Of a stretch of DNA of 64,000 bases, positions 38,832-46,787 are shown piece by piece; positions within the stretch are counted from its first letter, which is position 1, and each line of letters opens with the position of its first letter. The notes beneath the pieces were generated by a model, which saw only the letters and a list, made by a program, of their open reading frames with translations, was not told the origin of the DNA and made no database searches. Source of the stretch: an uncultured Nitrososphaerota archaeon (GTDB lineage Archaea > Thermoproteota > Nitrososphaeria > Conexivisphaerales > DTJL01); the NCBI GenBank assembly GCA_963772005.1, contig CAVYVS010000026.1, forward strand, positions 1,945-65,944. Direction: 5' to 3'. The translations under genes and the position numbers were made by a program.

Positions 38832-40135
38832 GCGATCCCGGCTCCCCGGCCTTGGGCCCTTGATAGCATTGCCTTCGCCTCTCCTAAGGCCGCCTGGAGG
38901 TCGGCTGGGTCGCGGACCTCCACGGAAATCCGCACGACGTCTTCGGTCCGAGAAGGCCTGAAAAGTATCCATCCGTGACTCCCTTCGACCCGGACGCCGT
39001 CCAGGGTAATCGAACCCGGGTGTTCCGATCGTATGACGTCGAGGGCCCTGGCGAAGGTCGACCTTTCGGTCGGGAATTTGATTCTCGAGTGGAAGTAGCT
39101 GGGGACCTGTTTGAGGACGTCCTCGAGCGGGCCTCCCCGCAGCGTCTTCGCCAGAAGGCACGCGGCCAGGAGGCCGTCCCTGCAGTAGCTGAAGTCGGGG
39201 AAGATGACGCCACCGCTGCTTCCTTCTCCGCCCAGGGATGACTTGGAGTCGAGCATAGCCCGCACCACGTTCGCCTCACCGACCGGCGCCAGCCTCACAT
39301 TCCCTCCCTTGCTCCGGACTATGTCGGCGACTGCGGACGAGGTATCGACACTGACCGTCACCGTCTCTCCCTTTCGGACGGTCTCGAGGGCCATCAGGGC
39401 GAAGATGGCGTCGGGGGGGAGCTTGGTGCCATCGGCGCCCATCACCACCAGGCGATCGCCGTCGCCGTCAAACGCGAAGCCCACGTCACACTCGCGACCG
39501 ACGACCTCCTCGGAGAGCCCCGAAAGAGGGTCTTCCGTAGGATCCACGATGCGGTTGAACGCCCCGGCCCTCATGTTGATGGCATGCACTTCGGCGCCCA
39601 TAAGTTCGAAGAGCTGGGTCGCCGACTTAGTGGCGCTGCCCCCGCCCAGGTCGAGCCCGACCTTGACGCCGGTCCCAGAATCCGGCCCCACCCGCCTGAG
39701 GATGTTATCATAATAGGGCGATGAGGCTGGCTGAATCCTGCCGGCCCCAAACGCCGAATGGGCCGACCTGATGGCGGCCAACTCATCTTCGCCAATCCCC
39801 GAGCCGCCCTTCATGATGAACTTGAGGCCGTTCCATTCCGGAGGGTTGTGAGAGGCTGTCACCATCACCGCGCCGTCCAAGCCAGAAACCCTGACGTAAC
39901 GGAAGATCTCCGGGGTGGTGACGAGCCCCAGGCGGTGCACGATGCAGCCGGAGCCAGCGAGGGAGTCCACAACGACCTTCAGAAGGGCGTCGGAAGAGGC
40001 GCGAGTATCGCAGCCGGCAGCGATGTCCCCTCCGCCGGTGAACGCTGCGAACCTAGCGGCCCAGCCTTTGGCGAAAGCCAATGTAAGATCCTTGTCGTAG
40101 ATGCCGCGCAGGCCGGAGATGGACTCGATGACCAA
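38828..40135 (-). CDS. Second PGM/PMM-family phosphohexomutase (435 aa, uninterrupted)
   Basis: ISGLRGIY, TASHNPPEWNGLKF, GLDLGGGSA, FDGDGDRLVV, SSLGGEGSSG, FRPSRTEDVVRI. Confidence 0.85.
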   Translation of the reverse strand: MVIESISGLRGIYDKDLTLAFAKGWAARFAAFTGGGDIAAGCDTRASSDALLKVVVDSLAGSGCIVHRLGLVTTPEIFRYVRVSGLDGAVMVTASHNPPEWNGLKFIMKGGSGIGEDELAAIRSAHSAFGAGRIQPASSPYYDNILRRVGPDSGTGVKVGLDLGGGSATKSATQLFELMGAEVHAINMRAGAFNRIVDPTEDPLSGLSEEVVGRECDVGFAFDGDGDRLVVMGADGTKLPPDAIFALMALETVRKGETVTVSVDTSSAVADIVRSKGGNVRLAPVGEANVVRAMLDSKSSLGGEGSSGGVIFPDFSYCRDGLLAACLLAKTLRGGPLEDVLKQVPSYFHSRIKFPTERSTFARALDVIRSEHPGSITLDGVRVEGSHGWILFRPSRTEDVVRISVEVRDPADLQAALGEAKAMLSRAQGRGAGIA

Positions 40136-40330
40136 AGAGGTCTCCTTGTGTCAGCTAAGGGACCACGCCTTTTAAGACTAGCAAAGGGTCCAACATCAAT
40201 CCCGTCCTCCCTTGTCGGAAGGCTTCTCGACTCGAAGATCTCTCGTAGGCCCTGGACGAAAGCCTCCATGCTTCGCAAGAGCCGTTTCCTGAGCCACCCT
40301 TATGTGCGCCGCGACTGCGCAGCGTTCGCA

Positions 40331-41179
40331 ATGTCAAGCAATTACGCCAGAGGAGATGTCCTTGTGGACACGAGATAGGTGTTGGACCATCTCAAGGAAC
40401 CCGGCGTCAGGGTGGCGGAGGTCGACTACGACTCCGCTTCGAACTACAGCCTGGGCCATGTGCCGGGAGCGGTGCTGTTCGATTGGAGGCGTGACTTCAA
40501 TGACCCCGTCCTCCGAACCATCGTGAGCAAATTCGACTTCGAGAGGCTCTTGTCGAGGTCGGGGGTCGGAAACGAAACGACGCTGGTCCTCTACGGCGAC
40601 TTCAACAACTGGTTCGCGGCCTTTGCGTTCTGGGTGTGCGCCTACTATGGCCTCGACCGGGTCAAGCTGATGAACGGGGGAAGGAAGAAGTGGCTAGAGG
40701 AGGACAGGCCCATATCGAAGGAGGCCCCGTCCTATCCCAATGCGACCTTCATGGCCGCGGAGCCCAATGAAAGCCTGAGGGCGTACCTCCCATACGTTAG
40801 GGCCTCTCTGGGGGCGAAGGACAAGGCCATGGTGGACGTCAGGGGGCAGAAGGAGTTCACGGGCGAGGTCCTCGCCCCACCCGAATACCCCACAGAGCAC
40901 GCCCAGAGAGGGGGGCACATACCCGGAGCGGCCAACATCCCATGGAGCCAAACGGTAAAGGACGACGGCACGTTCAAGGGGGCAGAGAAGCTTAGGGCGC
41001 TGTACGTCCCAAAGGGGATCACTCCGAATAAGGAAATCATAACCTACTGCAGGATCGGCGAGCGCTCCTCCCACTCATGGTTCGTGCTAAAGTACCTCCT
41101 CGGATACCCGAACGTCAGGAACTACGACGGCTCCTGGACCGAGTGGGGGAATATGATCCTGAACCCCATCGAAAGGTAG
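40331..41179 (+). CDS. Two-domain rhodanese (thiosulfate/3-mercaptopyruvate sulfurtransferase) with an in-frame TAG at codon 16
   Basis: ATG 40331 MSSNYARGDVLVDTR-TAG-VLDHLKEPGVRVAEVD..., GHVPGA, GHIPGAANIPW, active-site loop CRIGERSS. If the TAG is real, the gene would restart at GTG 40379. Confidence 0.85.
40376..40378 (+). other. In-frame amber codon within the rhodanese N-terminus
   Basis: Codon phase from ATG 40331 checked base by base. The TAG sits where rhodaneses usually have Trp (xxWLxxH), so TGG to TAG is one transition. Confidence 0.8.
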
Positions 41180-41181
41180 CC

Positions 41182-41847
41182 TCACTTGACTTTCTCCACG
41201 ATGTAGTGGAACAGGCTTCCCTCCCTCCTGGCCTCCAGCAGCCTCTGGCCGGTGTCCACCTGCCATCGCTGAATTTCGACGTCGGCGGTGGGGTCGTCAG
41301 TGACCAGGTGCACCTTCTCGCCCGGCGACGCCTTGCCGACGACCTCGTCGAGGTGTGTGATGGTTGCGGAGCATTCGACCCCGATGTCGAAAATCTCGTA
41401 GTCGGCGACGGCGGCGAAGCACCTGACCTTCAGCTCCTTGACCTTCTCTGCAAGCTTGGTGGAAGCGGTCTTGAAGTCCGTCAATGGGCTCTCGAGCCTC
41501 CAGCCGTCCCCGGGCATCACCTTGGCGATCCAACCCAGCTGGTAGGGCGAGTCGTTGGCCAGCCTTGGCGAAGCGAGGACCTGGGCGTTCGACTCGACGA
41601 CCACGCCGTTCACCGGGGACCTAACCAACCCGAAGAACCTTGGGCTTTCGATGGAGGCCAGCTTCGAGCCGATGGTCACAACCTCCCCGACCCTTGTGAA
41701 TCTCACATTCGACAACCTCCCCGCCAAAGCCGAGTAAGTGCTGGTCAGGCCTACGACGAGCGTGCCTTCAGGGTTGACCATAGCCCAGACCAGCTCCTCA
41801 GGGTAGTAGAGCAGGTCCTCCGGGAACTCGCATCCCTCCAGCTTCAA
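41182..41847 (-). CDS. GcvH-like domain fused to a TusA/SirA-like domain
   Basis: N-terminal part: VVGLTSTYSALAGRLSNVRF, ASIESPRFFGLVRSPVNGVVVESN, DSPYQLGWIAKV (H-protein fold; the lipoyl-Lys position reads Arg). C-terminal part: EIFDIGVECSATITHLDEVVGKASPGEKVHLVTDDPTADVEIQRW. Confidence 0.62.
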   Translation of the reverse strand: MKLEGCEFPEDLLYYPEELVWAMVNPEGTLVVGLTSTYSALAGRLSNVRFTRVGEVVTIGSKLASIESPRFFGLVRSPVNGVVVESNAQVLASPRLANDSPYQLGWIAKVMPGDGWRLESPLTDFKTASTKLAEKVKELKVRCFAAVADYEIFDIGVECSATITHLDEVVGKASPGEKVHLVTDDPTADVEIQRWQVDTGQRLLEARREGSLFHYIVEKVK

Positions 41848-42003
41848 TGAGGATCACTCCTTCCATGGGCTTCTCTTTACTCTTGCGCTCTATCAGTGGC
41901 TCCAGATGGGCTTGGGGGAGCTGCCGATAGTGGAGAAGGGCGTTCCCTTCGGTAGTTCGCCTGGCTGGTGCTCGATCTCCCCGCTTCAGCAGGAGAACAA
42001 CAG

Positions 42004-42010
42004 TTATTAT
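42004..42010 (+). promoter_or_regulatory. TATA-like box for tRNA-Thr
   Basis: TTATTAT centred about 28 nt upstream of the tRNA 5' end at 42035. Confidence 0.4.
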
Positions 42011-42034
42011 CCCGACTTTGAGATGCTCAACCGA

Positions 42035-42178
42035 GCCCCAGTAGCTCAGCGGTGGAGCAAATCATTACGATGGAGCTTTGTCGCCTCGTAACCTGATCGT
42101 TCCGCCCGGAAGAACGAACGGGAGAGCGATAGGTCGGGGGTCCAAAGGAGCTCGTCTCTGGAATTCCCCCCTGGGGCT
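42035..42178 (+). tRNA. tRNA-Thr (anticodon CGU) with three apparent introns
   Basis: Hand fold: acceptor GCCCCAG/CTGGGGC, U73, D arm GCTC-AGCGGTG-GAGC, anticodon stem GTCGC/GCGAT, loop CTCGTAA, variable AGGTC, T stem GGGGG/CCCCC. Insertions are about 42060-42079 (20 nt), 42092-42125 (34 nt) and 18 nt within 42141-42165. Exons sum to 72 nt. Confidence 0.72.
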
Positions 42179-42248
42179 CTTGTCGACAGCTAGGGCCCAC
42201 CATGCACCCGTGCTGACCTGCGTTTCAAAGCCTCGACGGCCACAAAGC

Positions 42249-42254
42249 TTTAAT
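42249..42254 (+). promoter_or_regulatory. TATA-like box for tRNA-Leu
   Basis: CTTTAATG; the TTTAAT core is centred about 28 nt upstream of 42280. Confidence 0.42.
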
Positions 42255-42279
42255 GCCGAAACATTGGGTTTTCGGCTGG

Positions 42280-42367
42280 GCGGGGGTCGCCCAGCCTGGT
42301 CAAAGGCGTAGGCCTGAGGCGCCTATCCAGTAGTGGTTCGTGGGTTCGAATCCCACCCCCCGCACCA
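42280..42367 (+). tRNA. tRNA-Leu (anticodon GAG), long variable arm, encoded CCA
   Basis: Acceptor GCGGGGG/CCCCCGC, anticodon stem TAGGC/GCCTA, loop CTGAGGC, 14-nt variable arm, T arm GTGGG-TTCGAAT-CCCAC, A73, CCA. Confidence 0.92.
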
Positions 42368-42474
42368 CCAACGTTTCTCTTCAGCGACAGCCAATTCTTA
42401 CCCCTGACTGAGCCCACGCCCATAGGGGGGTTCGACGATAAACCTATTCAACGACCGAATCGTCGGGCAAGTCC

Positions 42475-42927
42475 ATGACCGAAGATGCCCTGGCCGGGAG
42501 GAGCCTTCACAGGCTCCGGATCCTGATCGTTGTCATGCTCCTGATCGTGGCAACCCAGGGATGGACCGGCGACTTCGTGAATGTATTCGTAGCCCCCTCC
42601 CAGGGGGTCTCGCCCTACTCGTTCAGCATGGTCGGGTTCCTCCAAGGGGTTGAGAGCCTAGGGCCGTTCCTCATCTGGCACGCGTCCGAAGGAGTGCTGA
42701 TATTCGCGCTCTCCCTGGTGCTGCTCTTCTTCTCCTTCAGGTGGTCCACAAAGAGGAGCGTCCGGATATCCGCGGCCCTTGGCACGGTCACCGTGGTAGT
42801 CGCGGGCCTCGGAGGAATGCTCTTTGTGCTTTCAGGCTTCAGCGACGGAGGGACTTCGATGCAGATGGGGGGGAGCTTCCTGGGGGTCTTCGCCCTATAC
42901 TTCATCGAGCTTTACTTCACAAAGTGA
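42475..42927 (+). CDS. Hypothetical membrane protein (150 aa, about 4 TM)
   Basis: ATG ORF with four long hydrophobic segments. No recognised motif. Confidence 0.45.
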   Translation: MTEDALAGRSLHRLRILIVVMLLIVATQGWTGDFVNVFVAPSQGVSPYSFSMVGFLQGVESLGPFLIWHASEGVLIFALSLVLLFFSFRWSTKRSVRISAALGTVTVVVAGLGGMLFVLSGFSDGGTSMQMGGSFLGVFALYFIELYFTK

Positions 42928-42936
42928 CGGGCCGGT

Positions 42937-43620
42937 TCACACTTCCCGGGCCTGCTTCGCCTTCGCCGACCCCCTCCTCAGCCAAATCACCACGAGGGCC
43001 GCCAGCCAAAGGTCCGTCCGGAGGAACGTCCCTCGGACGAAGAGCCGGTCAAAAGCCGGAAGGGCCGAAATCAGGAAGATAGCCGCCGAAATCGCCCATG
43101 TGGTGGCCTCCGTGCGGAGCTCGCTGATCATCGCCTTGGGGACGAGCTTCTTTTCTTCGTCTGCCAGCTCCAAGGTGAATATCCCCATGACGAGCATTAC
43201 GATTCCCAGATCGAACCCGTAGAGGGCAGAAGCCACGTCCCTGATGGAGGTGGTGACTTCGAGGGCCGAGTTCCCCGCCCTCAGCAGGTTGAAGAGAAAG
43301 GGCTCGATCGAGACCGAGAAGAGCAGGAGGACGTTCAGGAACATGGTCCCCCTGTTTTCGACCGGGAGCACAGACATGACCCGCGTATAACGAAGCCATA
43401 CCGATATCAGGATGACGAAGTTGAAGCCGAAGGTGAGGATGTCGCTGTACAGGTTTGAAATGCTGGTCGGCGGGCTGCCGATCAGCGCGATGGCTCCGAT
43501 CGACAGCGCCAGACCGAAGACTAGGTCGGAGAGGGACTCGATGCGTGGCCTGGGGCGTGCAGGAGAATCTGCTTCGTCCAACTTCAGTCCCGTCTTTGGG
43601 GGCGAGTCTGTTATAAACAC
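42937..43620 (-). CDS. DUF1211 / TMEM175-like putative potassium channel
   Basis: RIESLSDLVFGLALSIGA matches the family signature RxxxFSDGVFAIAxTLL, followed by about six TM helices. Confidence 0.72.
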   Translation of the reverse strand: MFITDSPPKTGLKLDEADSPARPRPRIESLSDLVFGLALSIGAIALIGSPPTSISNLYSDILTFGFNFVILISVWLRYTRVMSVLPVENRGTMFLNVLLLFSVSIEPFLFNLLRAGNSALEVTTSIRDVASALYGFDLGIVMLVMGIFTLELADEEKKLVPKAMISELRTEATTWAISAAIFLISALPAFDRLFVRGTFLRTDLWLAALVVIWLRRGSAKAKQAREV

Positions 43621-43641
43621 GAGCCAGCGGAGCCCTCAGGC

Positions 43642-45192
43642 CTAGTTCACGGACACGGAGACGAAGTCCCAGCCCGTGGCGCCTCCCGGGAATGGAGCAA
43701 CGGCGGACTCCGCCTGCAGGTTCCCGTCGCCGTCGGTGGCCCTCACAATGATGTTGTAGGTGCCCTTGGCCGACGGGTTCCAGTCCAGCGACCATAGCAC
43801 CCAGGAGTTGACGGAGAGGGGCGTCGTCAGGGTCGCGGGAGCCCAGGTGTTTGCCTTGTCGGTGCTGACCTCCACCTTGGAGATGCCCCTGTCCCCGGCA
43901 AAGGCCACTCCTACGAGGGTCACGGCGGTCCCCAGGGCCACCTGGGAGGGGCTGTATATGCCGAAGCGGTCGGAGAGGGAGGCATTCCCAACGTTCACGA
44001 TGGTCGAGGACGTCTCGTACTGGGCTTCGTTGATCCAGCCCTGCCGCTGCCAAAAGCCCTGGTAGGCTTGGTCCGCTAGAGATATCCCGGTTATCCACTT
44101 CGGATTCATCATGCCGTAGTAGCCGGGGACTATGGCCCTGAGCGGAAACCCATGGTCTTGAGGCAGAGGTGATCCGTTCATATCGTAGGCCAGGATGGTG
44201 CCGTCGTCCATGCCCTTGCTCAGGGGGATTCCGACGTCGTAGCCGTCCGAGCATTTGAACACGACATAGGTAGCGCTGGAGGAGACGCCGGCCTTGGAAA
44301 GGACGTCCTTGAGTTTGACCCCCCTCCATCGGGCGGTGCTCATCAGGTCCCCTCCCACGCCATTGCTGACGCATTCGAGGGTGTTGTACTGCTCGACCGA
44401 AGGGAGGGCCATGACGTCGGAATAACTCAAAGTCAAGGGGGTTTCGACGAGGCCATCTACCTTGAGAGACCAGGTGGAGGACTGGACGGACGGCGGGAAG
44501 ATGTTGATGTCCACACGGTAGAAGTTAGTGTTCGAAGTAACCTGATTCGCGTAGAAGGTGGAGAGGTCGCTGGAACGCGCCTTGCTCGGAACCAAGAAGT
44601 CGAATCCGTAAAGGGCGAGGAGGCCGAGGGCCACGGCCGCGGTCTCAGCGGCGATGAAGTAGCGCCTGCGGACATCCACCGGCTTGAAATCGGCCGCGGT
44701 GATCTCCCTTGCGACCGGCCTGTATTTCGCTTCAAGGGTCACCAGCGCCACTCCGAAGGCAAGTTGAGGGATGACGAGCTCCAGGGCCAGGGTCATGGGC
44801 GGAACCGGCTGAGAATTGATCTGGGTGATCGAAAGGAAGAGCCCTGAAAGCGTCAGGAGCAGCGCATAGGCGACTCCGGCCATGGCCAGGGCCTTCAGGG
44901 AGGACCTGCCGCGGTCTATCTCGCTCACTCGCGAAAAGAGGAGGGCAAGGACCCCGTAGATTGCCAGGTTGACAATGATGGCCACCGTGTACGTCGTGTA
45001 TTTGGCCAGGGAGCCCAGCGTGTCAACCGCTCCGGATTCGATTTGACCGGGGACGACTGAAAAGAAGGCCTGCGAGGCTAGCTCAGGGAGGAAGGATCCC
45101 CCTGCGAAAATCCTCAGGACAAATCCGAGAGCCAGAGCCACGGCCCCGGCCGCAACCCCTATTCCGAAGACCTTGGTCGACGCGCTAACCAT
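43642..45192 (-). CDS. Sulfite-oxidase-family molybdopterin oxidoreductase with N-terminal polytopic membrane domain and C-terminal Ig-like domain
   Basis: About 6 TM helices. Then ECVSNGVGGDLMSTARWRGVKLKDVL, GFPLRAIVPGYYGMMNPKWITGISL, QGFWQRQGW, and a beta-rich tail. Confidence 0.85.
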   Translation of the reverse strand: MVSASTKVFGIGVAAGAVALALGFVLRIFAGGSFLPELASQAFFSVVPGQIESGAVDTLGSLAKYTTYTVAIIVNLAIYGVLALLFSRVSEIDRGRSSLKALAMAGVAYALLLTLSGLFLSITQINSQPVPPMTLALELVIPQLAFGVALVTLEAKYRPVAREITAADFKPVDVRRRYFIAAETAAVALGLLALYGFDFLVPSKARSSDLSTFYANQVTSNTNFYRVDINIFPPSVQSSTWSLKVDGLVETPLTLSYSDVMALPSVEQYNTLECVSNGVGGDLMSTARWRGVKLKDVLSKAGVSSSATYVVFKCSDGYDVGIPLSKGMDDGTILAYDMNGSPLPQDHGFPLRAIVPGYYGMMNPKWITGISLADQAYQGFWQRQGWINEAQYETSSTIVNVGNASLSDRFGIYSPSQVALGTAVTLVGVAFAGDRGISKVEVSTDKANTWAPATLTTPLSVNSWVLWSLDWNPSAKGTYNIIVRATDGDGNLQAESAVAPFPGGATGWDFVSVSVN

Positions 45193-45405
45193 GTCGACGC
45201 TTACCCCTGCACTCGACCAAGGAATCGGAGAGTCCTCTCAAAGTAGTCTGCTTCGGAGCCCGAAGAGAGTGCTGGGCTAATAGCCTTGCCTGCCTTTCCA
45301 CTTGGATAGAACCCCGAAAGCCTCGCCATCAATTCTGGCGTAGGATAGGTAGCAAGGGATTTGGATGAGCCCGTGCCCGTGATGAGCATCGACAGGGATC
45401 CCTGC

Positions 45406-45768
45406 ATGCAAATCAAGGTCAAACGGGCATATGAGCCCAGCTCCCGGGCGGACGGAGAAAGGCTACTCGTGGACAGGCTCTGGCCGAGGGGTGTCACGCG
45501 AGAGAAGCTGGAGATTGCCCGTTGGGCGAAGGACGTGGCCCCGAGCGAAGACCTTCGCCGCTGGTTCGGGCACGACCCTTCTAAGTGGGATGAATTCAGG
45601 AAGAAGTACTTCGAAGAGCTGGACGGGAAGACGGAATGCTGGCACCCCATTCTCAAAGCCGCACAGAGAGGGACGGTCACGCTCGTATACGGAGCCAAGG
45701 ACGTCCAACACAACCAAGCCCTGGCCTTCAAGGAGTACCTGGAAGGGAAGCTTTCGTCGGACCGCTAG
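45406..45768 (+). CDS. DUF488 family protein
   Basis: MQIKVKRAYEP, LLVDRLWPRGV, WAKDVAPSEDLRRWFGHDPSKWDEFRKKY, TLVYGAKD..HNQA. Confidence 0.8.
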   Translation: MQIKVKRAYEPSSRADGERLLVDRLWPRGVTREKLEIARWAKDVAPSEDLRRWFGHDPSKWDEFRKKYFEELDGKTECWHPILKAAQRGTVTLVYGAKDVQHNQALAFKEYLEGKLSSDR

Positions 45769-45812
45769 AGCTTTAGCTCTGAAACTCGTAACCAGGTGCG
45801 AGGAAAATCAAG

Positions 45813-46208
45813 ATGCCTACAGACACGGAAATGCTCGAAGAACTGAAGAAGATCACTGCACTGCTCACTCCGAAGCCTGCACCCCCTCCGCCACCGAAGC
45901 CCAAGGGCTTTTTCAACGAATTCATGGCCTTCATCAAGACGGGAAACCTACTCGCCGTGGCCATTGCCTTCGTCATGGGCGGGCTGATAGCCAGCATCGT
46001 GAGCGCGCTGGTATCCGACTTGATAATGCCCATCGCTGGAGCCTTCCTCCCTAAGGGGAACTGGCAGACCACCGCCTACTTTGTGAACATCGGGAACGGA
46101 ATGAACTTCACCCTCGGCCATTTCCTTGGCGCCGTCATCAACTTCGTCATCGTAGCCTTCGTAATCTTCCTGATTGCACGCTGGGCCACCAAAGCGGGAA
46201 TCAAGTAG
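45813..46208 (+). CDS. mscL: Large-conductance mechanosensitive channel
   Basis: FNEFMAFIKTGNLLAVAIAFVMGGLIASIVSALVSDLIMPI and INFVIVAFVIFLI. Confidence 0.88.
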   Translation: MPTDTEMLEELKKITALLTPKPAPPPPPKPKGFFNEFMAFIKTGNLLAVAIAFVMGGLIASIVSALVSDLIMPIAGAFLPKGNWQTTAYFVNIGNGMNFTLGHFLGAVINFVIVAFVIFLIARWATKAGIK

Positions 46209-46212
46209 GACG

Positions 46213-46225
46213 TTCTTTTTGTTTT
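46213..46225 (+). terminator. Oligo-T tract after mscL
   Basis: TTCTTTTTGTTTT begins 5 nt after the TAG stop. Archaeal terminators are typically oligo-T runs. Confidence 0.4.
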
Positions 46226-46267
46226 CTCGATGGGGCGGGATAGCGGGAGCTGCGGAAACCAGAAGGG

Positions 46268-46600
46268 TTACTGCCGTTTGATGTTGGTCAGAAGTAGCCT
46301 GAACTGAAGCGTCTTGCCAGCCATGGGGTGCCGCCCGACCTTGCCATAGGCCTTCTCCGGTGGTAGCGTGACCTCCTTCGTTTCGTTGATCTTCATCCCC
46401 ACCAGCGCCTCCTCAAAGCCGGAGATAACTTGATGGGCTCCGAGCGTCACCTGGAGAGGCGTGTAGTCCCGAGCAGGGTTGAATATCCCCGCCTTGATCG
46501 CCTCCGCTTTCATGCTGGTGTCGAAGACCTTTCCGCCGGGGAACTTCCCTACGTAGTGCACCGATATGACGTCGCCGTTCTGGGCCGAGAGGACGCTCAT
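46268..46600 (-). CDS. FKBP-type peptidyl-prolyl cis-trans isomerase
   Basis: GDVISVHYVGKFPGGKVFDTS, VISGFEEALVGMKINETKEV, LQFRLLL. ATG 46600 is chosen because a TATA-like box lies about 30 nt upstream (a leaderless arrangement). Confidence 0.85.
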   Translation of the reverse strand: MSVLSAQNGDVISVHYVGKFPGGKVFDTSMKAEAIKAGIFNPARDYTPLQVTLGAHQVISGFEEALVGMKINETKEVTLPPEKAYGKVGRHPMAGKTLQFRLLLTNIKRQ

Positions 46601-46626
46601 GACGCCTGATTCGGTGAGGGGTGGCG

Positions 46627-46633
46627 TATTTAT
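46627..46633 (-). promoter_or_regulatory. TATA-like box for the FKBP gene
   Basis: ATAAATA on the minus strand, 26 nt before ATG 46600. Confidence 0.4.
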
Positions 46634-46787
46634 GTCTTGGTCGGGGAGGCTTTCACGGTACGTCCGAGCTACAACAAATTTAAATAACCGCCTCGGTAGG
46701 CTCACTTTAACGCAGAAGACGTTGAAGAGTCTTCAGATTGGACTGACGCTCGAACGACGCTTTTGCTAAGTGTGTGAATGAAGAGAA

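Noticed and set aside
40376-40378. Pyrrolysine or other recoding of the in-frame TAG in the rhodanese gene.
   Set aside because: TAG is used as an ordinary stop by many confident genes here (rtcB, BtpA, coxS-like, cytochrome b, sufB, sufD). The position aligns with a conserved Trp, so a TGG-to-TAG change is simpler.
42035-42367. The tRNA-Thr/tRNA-Leu pair as an integration hotspot flanking a genomic island.
   Set aside because: There is no integrase, transposase or phage-like gene nearby. I did not spot a direct repeat of either tRNA 3' end in the surrounding sequence.
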